Assembly: GCF_009914755.1 (NCBI RefSeq)
Contig: NC_060942.1
Reading direction: 5' to 3' (one strand)
Length of the DNA stretch: 64,000 nt
DNA from: the human T2T-CHM13v2.0 reference genome, Homo sapiens
This document shows, piece after piece, positions 13,331 through 26,262 of this stretch. The notes beneath the pieces were generated by a model. It had not been told where the DNA came from and searched no databases. It saw only the letters and a list, made by a program, of their open reading frames with translations. Every line of letters begins with the position of its first letter. Position 1 is the first letter of the stretch. The position numbers were made by a program, and so were the translations under genes.

Positions 13331-13924
13331 ATTTCCTTTTCCATGTCATTTTTTGTGTCTTCAGATGGAAGAAATGCTAAATATGTTTTGTTTTGTTTTT
13401 TTCTGACTGATCATTTCCAAATCTGGTGATTTGACATAGTGTCAGCATCCATTCAAAGTGCAGTCTTACTTTCTAGACTGCATCCCATGCTATCAAAATA
13501 AGTCACGACTTGTATATTCATTCCCTGGTTCAAGGACTGTCTCCATCAAAGACAGCTTTCTCCTAAGTTCTGATGGTCTTCTGAAGGACAACAGCCCCGT
13601 CTAAACATCGCATCAACCCAAATGGGTCAGAAAGTGGACTGTTCAGAAAAGCTGATGAATGCAGAGCCCCATGTTACAGCTGGGCCCATTGGAAAGGGCT
13701 CCTCACCGCTGAGCTCATAGCGTAAAATACACAATTATTCCTCCAAGTCTGAATCTGGAAATTGAGTAAGAGAGATATAGGTTTCCTAACATTTTGAAAA
13801 GTATAACGTATGATAAGAAAAAAAATATTTACGGGTCAACAAATGATGAGCAAATACTTTGCGTTAATATTTATTGTACACAAAGTAAAATATATTCACA
13901 AAATACATCAAAACACATGCATAT

Positions 13925-14600
13925 GTAGTGTGTATGTATGTGTCTGTGTCTGTGTGTGCGTCTGCACGTGTGTGTATGTGTGTATGTGTTTCTGTGTGTT
14001 TATGCGCTTATGTGTATGTCTGTACTCGTGTGTGTGTGTTTGTGTTTGTACTTGTGTATGAGTCTGTATATATGTGTGTCTATGTGTATCTGTACTTGTA
14101 CATGTGTCTGTGTAGATGTGTGTGTCTGTGTGTGTTTGTACTTTTGTGTGTATATGTGTGCGTGTTTGTGTGTGTCTGTACTTGTGGATGTCTGTGTGTT
14201 TGTGTTTGTACTTGTGTGTGAGTCTGTATATATGCGTGTCTGTGTGTATTTGTACTTGTACACGTGTCTGTGTCTATGTGTGTGTCTGTGTGTTTGTGTG
14301 TGTAAATGTGTCTGTGTGCGTTTGTACCTGCATGTGTGTCTCTGTGCCTGCATTTGTCTGTGTGTGCATCTGTGTGTTTGTGTGTATGGAATGTGTGTGC
14401 ACGCCCTGCGATCTTGAAAAGGTGTGCTGTTTTTGTGTGTGTCTGTGTGTTCCTGTGTGTGTTTGTTTGTATGCAATGTGTGTGCATGCCCTACAATCTT
14501 GGAAAGCTGTTCTGTATTTATGTGTGTGCTTGTGTGTGCCTCTGTGTGCTTGAGTGTGTATGATGGGTGTTCACACCCTGTAATCTTGGAAAGGTGTGCT
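13925..14600. repeat. Long degenerate (TG)n tract with internal higher-order duplications
   Basis: ~680 bp of TG-rich sequence; a block recurs at 160-bp spacing (AGTCTGTATATATG at 14061 and 14221). Confidence 0.95.
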
Positions 14601-14984
14601 ATATTGGCTCTGGGACTCAGAGGTGCGGCACTAATTATAGCAAATATTTTCTTGAACTTTTTAGATTTCCCTAAATACATTCAAGTAAACAATAATAAAG
14701 AAGCAGATAATCCTGGCCTGAATTCCGGAACCAGATGGCCCAGGTTCAAATTCTGGTTCCACTGCTTCGGTGTGATCTTAGATAAAACCAAGTGTTAAAT
14801 GTCCACCAAATAATTACCTAGGGGAAGGCTGGGTTCTACTTGAACTTACAAAGCTTTATCTTCTTTTGCTATCCAAGTTGATTTATGTACATTTACTTTT
14901 ATTAAATTGGTAATTAAGTCATTAACTACCTTTCTGCAAATATTCAAATAATACATAAGAATGAACAAAAATGAAAATGAAAGT

Positions 14985-15640
14985 GGCAATTCCACCTCTG
15001 AGTATTGAGCCAAGGGAAATGAAAACAAATGTTTAAAAAAAGAATACTATTTGGAAACTAAAAAAAAAAATAAGCCACTGATAACATCCAACAAAATGGA
15101 TGAATCACAGAAATGTTAGTGTAAGTGAAAGTCCTCATGTAGAAGAAAAATACATACTGTTAGATTCCCTTCACATGAAATTCAATGCAGGCAAAGCTAA
15201 TCTTTGATGAAAGAAATCCACACAGCATTTGCCTCTGTGAGAAGCAGGTGTCAACTGGGAGAGGCCCAGAGAGAAGTGGGGGCGTCGGTGTGTTCTGGGC
15301 CTTGACACCATTCGAGTTCCACAGGTGTCTGAGTTTGCCAAACTCAGCAAAGATGCGCTTCACATTTGTGAATTTGTTGTCTATAAATATTCCCTCCAAA
15401 GAAATAGAAAGCCATGAGCATACGATGAATTCTAGTTAATGAGATACTTGCTAGAATGTTTACGAAGAAGCGTAACAATACCTTCAAATGACTTTAAATG
15501 CTTCAAAAGTGAGATGGATTGTTGGGTAGATAGGTGTTAAAGCAAACACAGTCAAACGTTAATGTACAATGTAGGTGGTGTGTGTATGGGAGATGACTAT
15601 GTCTTTTTCAGCTTATTTTGCATTTTTCAAAAAGTAGTAC
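14985..15640 (+). mobile_element. Old L1 (L1ME/L1MC-like) 3' region
   Basis: AATTCCACCTCTGAGTATT...ATGGATGAATCACAGAAA...AAATACATACTGT...CAGGCAAAGCTAATCT resembles old L1 ORF2-end/3'UTR. Confidence 0.65.
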
Positions 15641-16499
15641 AGAGAGGTATTTGAATAAAAATAGTGAATCTATGAAAATTACCTTTCACCTTTTGACTAG
15701 TTTATGGATCTTTTTGATTCCCTATTACACTAAAAAAGGAAGGAGTCACATCTTTTTGCAGATGCTTGAGAAGAAAACAAATTATTCAGCTTTTTCAAAT
15801 TTATTTTTTCTTGTTTAATACACTAATACTATTCATAGATAAAGGACTTTAAAAATAGTTACAAATTTACATTTGATATAATCCCAAGGTTTTCTTTCTC
15901 TGCCCAATGTGTATTAAACTGTACAAAGTTTTAGCTATCTTAAACCTCAACCAAAAGCAAAGGTCTCCTGGAAAAGTCTGAAAGTCTCACCTGTATAATG
16001 GAAAGTTATTCCATCTTTTCTGTTCTGTTCTATCAGATACCAAAACAATTTTATTGTGTAAGTCAAAATTAGATTTTCCTTTGTTAAACTACACCCCCAA
16101 TTTTCCAAATTAGTCTGGGTTTCCACAGCTCATCTGGATGAAGGGGGCATCTGATAAGGGGAGAATGGGGGGAAAGACACGAGCAGGTGTTTTCTCCACC
16201 TCCTGTGGCAAGGGTCGGGACAGCAGCGTTGCTCAGAGCAGGGCAGTGCCACAGATACTGAGGTTAAATGAAATCAGGTAGTTTAATGAGTACTTGCTTC
16301 CTACGATTTCAAACAAAGAAAAGGACAAGCATCAAATAAACAAGATGTGCATGCCTTTTCTTCAAAATCCTTCAAAACACTCTCAGCTTTGCTCCTTTGC
16401 CCACAGTAATCATGGAGACTGCACTGTGCTGGGTGAGGCCCAGGGTGGGCTGAAGCTGTGGGGACTGGTGTGCCTTTCAGCTGCTGACGAAGTACAAAG

Positions 16500-16552
16500 G
16501 GTGTGCATGTGTGTGTGTGTGTGTGTGTGTACATGTGTGTACCTGTGTGTAT
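16500..16552. repeat. (TG)n microsatellite
   Basis: TGTGTGTGTGTGTGTGTGTGTGT core. Confidence 0.9.
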
Positions 16553-16939
16553 GGAAATGCATGGACATGTTTGCACTAGAATAAAAGGAATCCCTACCCT
16601 TCTCCTTTATTTTTTCTAACTCATTAAGAAGTTGACACTTCCTAGAGTCTGCAGTACTGTCATGTACCTTTGCAGTAAATTCAATAATATGTCCTCCCTC
16701 TCTCCCACATCCTTCAAATCCAAATGAATTGTATTCAACTAATTGAATCCAAAGTAGTTAAAATGAAAACAAACCATACACAAACTTGGCTTTGCATTGT
16801 TTGTCTTTTTTGAGTGTTTGATATTGAAATCGGAGTTTAAGGCTGAATCATAATAAAGATGTTTAGATGTTTCTCTTCTTTTTTGGGTTAGTGAAGTGGG
16901 TGTTATTATTTTATTAATTGTGTGTTTATTATTTAAGGA

Positions 16940-17330
16940 ATATAGTAAGTGCCTTATTTTGTGTCTGGCTTGTTTTGCTAAACTTGATGTTTGTGAAATT
17001 TATTCTTGTCCATGGACCAGTAGTTTCTTCCACTTCATCGGGGTTTATTCTTCTACTTATAAATATATCCAAAGGGAAATTACTATGAAATGCCTATGTG
17101 TGGTTTATTCTGTTTGACATTCATAGAACTGTTCGAATGTAGTTTAGTATTCTTTGTCACACTGGTAAAATTATCAGCCACTCTCTCTTCAAACATTGCT
17201 TCTATCTCACTCTTCTCATCTTTTTGAGACTCCAATGGCATATTTATTAAATCTTTATACATTGAGTTAAATGATTCTTATGTTTTCTTCCTTGTTTTCT
17301 GTATTTTTTATTTCTATGCCTTAATTTTTT
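16940..17330 (-). mobile_element. Old L1 (L1ME-like) fragments
   Basis: TTTTGTGTCTGGCTTGTTTTGCT and TTATCAGCCACTCTCTCTTCAAACATTGCTTCT resemble reverse-strand ancient L1 segments. Confidence 0.5.
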
Positions 17331-17544
17331 ATTGTAATATTTGATGTGTAAGGAGATATAAACCCAAACAGAAAAAACACTGTTCCATATAAACTCATTT
17401 AAGTTTTCAAAATGTATTTCATCACTTCCAAATTATCCAGAGGTGTCATATCAACTCCTGCATTTCACACATACCCTAGCATATTCATGGAGGCTTATTT
17501 TTCTTCTTCTCTTCCTCCATATCCTCCTCCTCCATCTTTTTCTA

Positions 17545-19723
17545 TTTTTATAAAATTAAAATTGACATATAAGTCACATAAAATGCATCCTTGTAAAGTG
17601 TATCATTCTGTGGTTTAGCATAGCCACGAGGTTGTAAAACCACCTACTGTCAAATCACAAAGCATTTTCATCATCCTAAAAGGAAATTCCACAATCAGCA
17701 ATAATACCCAATCCCACCTTCCACCAGCCCCTGGCAACTGCTAATCCACTTTCTGTTTTTATTAATTCACCTTTTCTAGGCATTTCATATGAATGGAATC
17801 ATGCCATATGTGGCCCCTCGTGTCTGTCTGCTTTCACTGAGAATGATATTTCCTGGGTTCATCCGTGTTGCAGCAGGTATCATAAATCATTCTTTTTATG
17901 GCTCCATAATATTCCATTGCATGAATGCCAGGTATTGTTTATCCATGCATCCAATAGATTGACATTTGGCTTATTTTTACGAATTGTCTATAAGGTATAA
18001 AGTTTGAGTACAAGCTTTTGTACAAAGAGGTTTTTGATTCTTTTGGGTACATATGTAGGAGTGGATTGTGGCATCATATGGAAATTCTACATTAACTTTT
18101 TGAGAAACTGCCATGTTGTTTTCCACATTGGCTGAAGCGTTTTATATTCCCGCCAGCTGTACACATGAGGAGCCCAGTTCTTCTGCATTCCCACAAACAC
18201 TTTAATTTATTTTTGTTTTTATTACAGTTATCATTGTGGATGTGATGTGGTATCTAATCTGTGTTTTAATTTGTATTTCCCTGATGATTAACGTTGTTTA
18301 GCATCTTTTTGTGTGTTTATATATTTCCCTTAGAGAAATATCTAAGTTCTTTATTCACATTTTAATTGGGTTATTTGCTTTTTAATTGTTGAGTTGTAAG
18401 TGTTCTTTATATATTCCGGATATTAGGCCCTTATCAAATAAATTATTTGCTAGTATTTTTCTCATTCCATATATTGTCTTTCCATGTCCTGGAATGACGG
18501 GTCTTTTGATGCACAAGAGGTTTTCAATTCAATGAAGTCTAATTTAGTTATTTTTCCTTTGGTTTCTTGTGCTTGTGGAATCATATATAAGAAACTGTTC
18601 CCAAATCCAAGGTCATGTATATTTACACTTGTATTTCCTTCCAAGAGTTTTAAAGTTCTAGCTCTCATGCTTGGGTGTTTGATCCCTTGTAGTGATTTTT
18701 TGTATAGGGTGTGAGGTAGGGGGTCCAAGCTCATTCCTTTGCATGTGGATATCTAGTTGTCCCAGTACAATTTGCTGAAATGACAGTCTTTTCTTCATTA
18801 AATGGTCTTGGTGCTTTTGTCAAAATTCATATGTTCATAGATGTGAGAATTTATTTCTGTATTCTCCTTTCTATCCCATTAGTCCATGTGTCTGTCTTTA
18901 TACCAGTACAAAACTGTCTTCATTAATCTAACTTTGTAGTAAGTTTTAAAATCAGGAAGTTGGAGATATCCAAATTTCTTTCTCATTTTCAAGATTGTTT
19001 TGGTTATTTGGGGTCCCTTGCATTTCCATATGAATTAGAAAAAAAGCTTAACCATAACTAAAAATATCACAATTTAAATTTTGATAGGAATTGCACTGAA
19101 TCTATGTATCTGTTTGGAGGATGCTGCCTTCTAATTTATGATACAGGATGTCTTTCTATTTATTTAGATATTCTTTAATTTCTTTCAACAATGTTTTGTA
19201 GTTTTCCTTTTTTTATTACACAGGTTTTGTAATTCTTTGGTTAAATTTTCTCTTAAAAATCTTATTTTATGCTATTGTAAATAACTTTTTTTAATTTTCA
19301 TTTTCAAGTTGTTCATTTCTAGTATATAGAAACACAACTGATGTTTGTACATTGACTTTGCATCCTGCAAATTTGCTGAACCGCTTTATTCACTCTGTTT
19401 TTGTAGATTCTTTAGAATTTTCTGTATATAAGATCATGTAATCTGTACATAAAGTTAGCTTTACTTGGCCAGGCATGGTAGTGCACACCTGTAATCTCAG
19501 CATTTTGTGAGTCTGATGCAGGTGAATTGCTTGAGCCTAGGAGTTTGTGACCAGCCTGAGCTACATGGCGAAACCCTGTCTCTATAAAAAATAAGAAAAT
19601 TAGCTGGGCATGGTGGTGCATGCCTGTAGTTCCAGCTACTCCAAAGGCTGAGGTAGGAGGAACACTGCAGTGAGCTGTGATTGCACCACTTCACTCCAGC
19701 CTGGCTGACAGAGCAAGACTCTG

Positions 19724-19758
<35 letters not shown>

Positions 19759-21240
19759 GACAAGTTTTACTTAATTCTTTCCAATCTGGATAACTTTTAT
19801 TTTATTTTCTGTGTAATTTTCCTAGCTAGAACCTCTAGTACAGCGTTAACTGGGGGAGCAACAACAGACATCCTTGTCTTATTCCCCATTTGGGGAAAAT
19901 GTTTTCTGTCTTTAATCATTAAATAGGATGTTAACTGGGTTTTTCATAGATGTCCTCTATCATTTTGAGGAAGTTATCTTCTAGTTGGTTGATAATTATT
20001 TCTAGTTTGTTTTTATCATGAAAGAATGTTGAATGTTATCAAATGCTTTCTCTGTATCTATTGAGATAATTATATATTTTTCCCATTATTCTAGTACTAT
20101 GCTATGTTACATACCATAACCTATATGAAATACATTGATTGATTTTCCTATGTTAAACTAATCTTGCATTTCTGCTACTATTTTGCTGAGAATTTTTGCA
20201 TCTATGTTCATAGCAATATTGTTCTGTTTTCTTTTGAAATATTTGTCTGGTTTTGGTTTCAAGATAATAACTGGCCTCATAGAATGACTTAAAAACAGTT
20301 CCTTCCACTTCTCATTTTTGGAAAAGCTTGAGAAGGATGGTGTTAATTTTTATTTAAAGATTTGATAAAATTTACCAGTGAAGCTACCTAGTCTTGACTT
20401 TCTTCATTTGAAGTTTTTTGATTATTAATCAATACTTTTACTTGTTATAGGTGTCTTCAGATTTCTATTTTGAGTTAGTCTTGAGATTTTATGTGTTTAT
20501 AGGAGCCTGGTATATCATCTAGGTAATCTAATTTGTTGTTGCAAAATGGATCATTGTATTCCTTTGTAATAATTTTTACTTCTGTAAAAGTCAGTAGTCA
20601 TATTCCTTTTCCTTTCATTCTTGATTTTAGTAATTTGAGTCTTTGCTGTTTTTTACATCATCTGTTTAGCTAAATGTTCATCAAGTTTATCTTTTCAAAG
20701 AAGCAACTTTGGTTTCATTGATCTTTGTCTATTGTTTTTCTATTCTCCATTTGATTTTCTATGTTCTAATCTTTACTCTTCTTGTCTTTCTGCTTCCATT
20801 ACATTTAGTTTGCTGTTATTTTCTCACTTACCAAAGTTAAAGACTACTGATTTGAAATTATTCCTTTTCCATGTGGGCATTCACAGTTACGAATTTCCTT
20901 CTGAGCACTGCTTTTACTGCATCCCATAAGTTTTAGTATGTTGTGTTTTTGTTTTCATTTATTTCAAAATATTTTCTAATTTTTTTGTGATTTCTTCTGT
21001 GACCTATTAGTTATTGAGGGCTATATTTTTAAATGTCCACATGTTTGTGAATTTTCTTGTTATTGATTTCCAATTTTATTCCATTGTGATTGGAGAGCAT
21101 ACTTTGTAAGACGCTAATATTTTAAAAATTCCTTGAGCCTTGTTTTCTGGATGAACATGTGGTCTATCTGGCAGAAAGTTCTGTGTGCACTTGAGAAGCC
21201 TGTGGGTCTTGCTCTTGCTGGGTGGATTGTTCTCTAGATT
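17545..21240 (-). mobile_element. L1MB-like LINE, 3'UTR plus degenerate ORF2, interrupted by an Alu
   Basis: 3'UTR motif CCAGCCCCTGGCAACTGCTAATCCACTTTCTG; minus ORF 18462-18734 (SLDPLPHTLYKK...KLLEGN...DLGFGNSFLYMIPQAQETK) is L1 ORF2-like; long T-rich antisense ORF2 sequence. Confidence 0.9.
19467..19759 (+). mobile_element. AluJ-like nested in L1; tail replaced by (CT)n(AT)n
   Basis: GGCCAGGCATGGTAGTGCACACCTGTAATCTCAGC...GAGCAAGACTCTGTCTC followed by TCTCTC/ATATAT; short deletion in the right arm. Confidence 0.92.
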
Positions 21241-21680
21241 TCTTTCTCCAACTAAAGTGAGATTTCTTGCTCTTGGAACAAAAGGCAGAAGAAAGGTTTA
21301 AAGTGTTTTCTCAAGGTCAGTTTGGTGAATAAGATGGAAGGAGGGAGCCCCATCTGCTGAACTTGTGGGTGTGGCCATGTGCTCCTTCAGTCCAAGGATC
21401 AAGCTTTGCTCTGAGATAATTTTGAATTCTAGTCTCCGTGCCTTCCCTGTTGGGTACTAATGAGCCCCATCAACTCAACTCTTTGCAACTTCCTCACAGC
21501 CCCTTAGTGTCTACCTTCTTGTGCTTCCCTGATTTCCTCTTGTTGGTGACCATCATAAGGGCACTCTGGCAACACCGAAGACCCTGGCTGCTACAATGAC
21601 ATCAGTGAGGCCAGTTGTCAAGAGTTTGATTCATGGGATAAGGAAGGGTGCATTTCATCCACTTAGAAAGAAGCATCTTA

Positions 21681-22560
21681 TAAAGAACTCAAACAAATTT
21701 ACAAGAAAAAAACAACCCCATCAAAAAGTGGGCGAAGGATATGAACAGACACTTCTCAAAAGAAGACATTTATGCAGCCAAAAGACACATGAAAAAATGC
21801 TCATCATCACTGGCCATCAGAGAAATGCAAATCAAAACCACAGTGAGATACCATCGCACACCAGTTAGAATGGCGATCACTAAAAAGTCAGGAAACAACA
21901 GGTGCTGGAGAGGATATGGAGAAATAAGAACATTTTTACACCATTGGTGGGACTGTAAACTAGTTCAACCATTGTGGAAGTCAGTGTGGCAATTCCTCAG
22001 GGATCTAGAACTAGAAATACCATTTGACCCAGCCATCCCATTACTGGGTATATACCCAAAGGATTATAAAACATGCTGCTATAAAGACACATGCACACGT
22101 ACATTTATTGCGGCACTATTCACAATAGCAAAGACTTGGAACCAACCCAAATGTCCAACAATGATAGACTGGATTAAGAAAATGTGGCACATATATACCA
22201 TGGAATACTATGCAGCCATAAAAAATGATGAGTTCATGTCCTTTGTAGGGACATGGATGAAGCTGGAAACCATCATTCTCAGCAAACTATCGCAAGGACA
22301 AAAAAACAAACACTGCATGTTCTCACTCATGGGTGGGAATTGAACCATGAGAACACATGGACACAGGAAGGAGAACATCACACACGGGGGCATGTTGTGG
22401 GGTCGGGGGAGGGGGGAGGAATAGCATTAGGAGATATACCTAATGTTAAATGACGAGTTAATGGGTGCGGCACACCAACATGGCACATGTATACATACGT
22501 AACAAACCTGCACGTTGTGCACATGTACCCTAAAACTTAAAGTATAATTAAAAAAAAAAA
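21681..22560 (+). mobile_element. 5'-truncated L1PA (L1PA4/5-like) with poly-A and 16-bp TSD
   Basis: Near-consensus L1 3' end; identical flanking direct repeats AGAAAGAAGCATCTTA at 21665-21680 and 22561-22576. Confidence 0.97.
21741..22343 (+). pseudogene. L1 ORF2p C-terminal 200-aa remnant (cysteine-rich region)
   Basis: [34 protein letters not shown]...CWRG...[15 protein letters not shown]...MFSLMGGN matches the LINE-1 ORF2p C-terminus; no promoter, endonuclease or RT domain. Confidence 0.93.
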
Positions 22561-25282
22561 AGAAAGAAGCATCTTAGTGACCGTCAGGGGCTCTCACCTC
22601 ATGTGCACCTAGAGGCTGCTGAAGCTCTGGAACAGTGATTCCTCCTCAACCCCCCTCTGACATAGTAGCTGGTGCTGCCATGTCTGCCTCTAGGAAGGGT
22701 CTTCTATGACGTGCTTTGTCATTGCTCGCTCTGGAGAGAAGCTGTCCTGCAGCTGAGTGGCCACACACTTGGACATGTAGCTAGGAGAAGCTGCAAAAGT
22801 GCTGCTGCATCTCAGCAATTGAGTGATAAGTGCAAGGCAAGGACCCTCGTGTAGACACAATGCTGAGTGTGGAATGGCCCAGGCCTCCCTTGTCCAGGTG
22901 GCACATGCCTATCCCATCTAACCCTCAGTATCCTGACTTCTGGTTGCATGCTAGGCATTCTCGTCCCCCACCCCCCACCACCCCCGCCGATCATAGCAGA
23001 CCTGCACAGGCTGCCCCTGTCCAAGAAAGAGGCTCCCTAGACTCTGCATCCCCTGGCCACTCTTGGGCCCTCTCTGGTAAGCTTTTACCAGGTCCTGATA
23101 GCCCTGCCCGTGCTGCCTTCTCCTCAGCAACGTCAGCTTGTTTGTAGGACCCACGCAGCTCTGAGTGGCGTAGGTGAGTGAAAGGGACAGAAACTGCATA
23201 GGCTGGAGAAAAATCCAGAGGGCCCTGTGTGGAACTCAGTGCCTGGCTTCCAGGGTGAGCATTTCCAAACATACGTTGTCACTAAGGCCTTTTCTTTTCT
23301 ATTTTTTTCTTCTTTATTTGTACAAATAATATTTGGAAGACATCCAAAAAGTACAGCAGCTAAAGTTTATGAATATATGTATACTTGCATGATTATAATA
23401 GTAACCATTTTAAATAGTAATAATTATTCAATAACCCATTTGCCTCCTTTCTAAATACCGCCTGCCTTTGGACTTTCATGGAGGAGAGACAAACTTCTAC
23501 CTTGTGTAAGGGACAGTGTTGGTTTCCTCCTCACCACGCTCAGCCCGCTGTGCTAAGTACATGTTTTATGTGAATTAAGCCCTTGCTTTAGTACCTTGCA
23601 CCTCTGCGTCATGGCTGCAAACATGCAGGTCTTATAGAATGTTTATGTATAGATTATTTGTGCAGATTCCTTTCATTTCATTAGAACTTCAGGTTTTCTC
23701 TCTTTTTGTTATTTCCATTTAGTCTTCTCTTTCTACCCTCTTCTTTGTCATTCATTTCCAATAAAACTTTTTACAAAAACAAGCCTGAAAGCCATAGCTG
23801 GCAAATTCAATTTTTAAAAATGTTGATTAAACTATTACTTATGTTAATTACTGAAGGTCTTTGGCCATCCCTTAAATGCTGTACTCCCATCCCCTGCAGC
23901 CCAGCCTGGTGTTGGGATGAATCGTCAGGGGCCATCCCTAGATGCTGATGTTTTGATAGTGAGTGTCAGGGATGGCCCTGACCACACCCTCATCCCTTCT
24001 TCTCATTCCTGCCCTTCACAGTCTCCCCACCCTAGCTCCCTTTCTCTTGGTTCAAGAAAGATATTGGACATCACTGTGCTAGAACAGTTCACCTAGATGG
24101 GTTTCTAAGTCAGGAATTATTTCAAACCAAATCTTTGATTTCCAAGGTCATAAAGCAGTGTTAAAGCAATTCTGTGCTTTCTGCTATTAGTGAAATGGCT
24201 TAATTTACTGATTCCAGGTCTTTATTAAAACCCATTGTAGTGAACATGATGGACAAGTGTCCTCTCATGGAATTCCCAAAAACATGTTGATGCTTTTCAA
24301 AGCAAGTGGAATGTTAACTTAATACATGAAACGTCCTGGGAATGAAACTGTAAACTCAGTACAATAAACAATAAATGCATCTAGATAGAAAGATTCAGAA
24401 GTTAAGAACTGAGCTTTGAGGACTTTGGAGGCTGGAGTAAGGAGTTAATAACTGGCTCAGACTTGGGTAGGTCTTGGCTTGTTCTGCTGAGCAGAGCTGA
24501 GAGGATGGCAGATGTCCTGAGGCCCCTTTGAGGGTCTGGGAATGGACTTGGTCCATTGGCCACTGGTTGGTGTTAGCTAGCACTGGGTTGGATGGGAAGA
24601 TCCCCAACCTCTACCCACTCCTTCTCTCCCATATGCCATATCATATAATCCATAGAAATCAATATGCCTTATCATATAATCCATAAAACTCAGGTTGCAT
24701 GTTAGGTTTGCTTTCCTGGGAGTGACATCATTTATATGATAACAAACAAGAGAGAAAGACATGGTCCCCTGAGTTAAGTGCAATTTAACTTCAAAGAAGG
24801 ATGGCTGCACCCTGCGATCTTTTGAAAAATTGGAAAATGCTGACAACTTTATTTTCTTCCAGCATTTTCAACTCATGAGGCTTCTGGGGAGAAATCTTCA
24901 CCCTGAAATTTGAATTGCTCCGGAGCCTCACAAAATTGAATAAAATTCTACTGAGTAAAATAAATGTTCCTGACTCTCCAGTCTCACAGACACTACAAAC
25001 AAACAGTTCTCCAGCTGGCACTTGGCTGTCAAGGGAGGAGCAGGGAAAGGTAACAAATGCAGAAACCTTTCTTCCACATGAATAGGAGGCAGCTCCATAG
25101 GGAGTGTTTTATCAATATCCATTTTAACATATTTACATCTTAATCTCTCATACGGTTCCCATGAATAAGTAAGATCTAACAAAGAAAACACATTCTATAA
25201 ATTTAAAACAAAAAAAGAGGATCAAATTTGGAGAAACATCAACACAATGGACTGATCTATTATAGGAATTACAATTCTATGG

Positions 25283-25400
25283 CTTCCTTCCTTCTTTCAT
25301 TCCCTCCTTCCTTCTTTCATTCCCTCCTTCCTTCCCTCCTTCCCTCCTTCTCTCCCTTCCTCCCTTCCTTCCTTCCTTCCTTCCTTCTGCCTTCCGTCTG
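25283..25400. repeat. (CCTT)n/(TCCC)n pyrimidine-rich simple repeat
   Basis: TTCCTTCCTTCC runs. Confidence 0.9.
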
Positions 25401-26184
25401 TCTTTGTTTTCCTTTAATACATAGCCCAGGGATCAATACATCTCTGAAAAGACAAAAAGGAGGACAGAAACAGCTGTAAGCATCATGGTGTTGAGGCTGT
25501 AATCCTGGTGAATAATGCTGCTGTCATAACAGCGGGGATAATTTAATGCTGGCACTTAGCGACATGATAAATAGCTTGTCAGACATCGGCAGCGACAGAG
25601 TCGACGGAACTGCTCATGACAACTTCTGAAATATTAATCTTCTGTTTGATGGAGGCTGTGCTGGGAGGAGAGGCGCAGGAGGGCCAACTGCAGGACACAC
25701 TCAGATACAAGCAAGTGCTTCTATTTGGGGAACTTTAACACAAAATTTTTTGTTTTTGCTTAAAAACTTTTCATCTGTGAAGCAATGTCTCAAAGGTTGA
25801 AATATAGGTCCTCTTTAGAGAACATGATTTAATCTCTTTAAATGACTGAAGAATTTTTTTCATTTACGACATGCAACTGGGCCCATATTTCCTTTTCTTT
25901 TCTGCCTTCCCAAAAGTTGTTTTTATCAAAATTTGACTAAAAGGAAGTATGTTAGAGTTTAAATATCTTATTATGGGGTCTAATTAATATACCGCCTTTT
26001 ACCTAGTAGCAACTTCCAGCTTATAAAAGGATGCACAGACTTTAATATATAAGAAAATTAGCTATAAACATACCTGTATGGCCTACTCTGTCAAGTGCTG
26101 GACAGGAATTTCCATTTTGTCTAATTTTAGTGTAATATTGACAGTTAAGGTGGAATCTAATAGTTTCTATCTCATATGTATCTA

Positions 26185-26262
26185 TTAGCTTGGTGCGAAA
26201 GTAATTGTGATCTTTACTTTACCTTTAATGGCAACACCGCAATTACATTTGCACCAACCTAA
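26185..26262. mobile_element. MADE1 (Hsmar1-derived MITE)
   Basis: TTAGCTTGGTGCGAAAGTAATTG...CAATTACATTTGCACCAACCTAA, a 78-bp palindromic element flanked by TA on both sides. Confidence 0.92.

Noticed and set aside
13810-14798. Multiple overlapping Cys/Val- or His/Thr-rich ORFs
   Set aside because: Translations of the (TG)n tract
21741-22343. Functional protein-coding gene
   Set aside because: 5'-truncated L1 ORF2 tail; the open frame reflects young age
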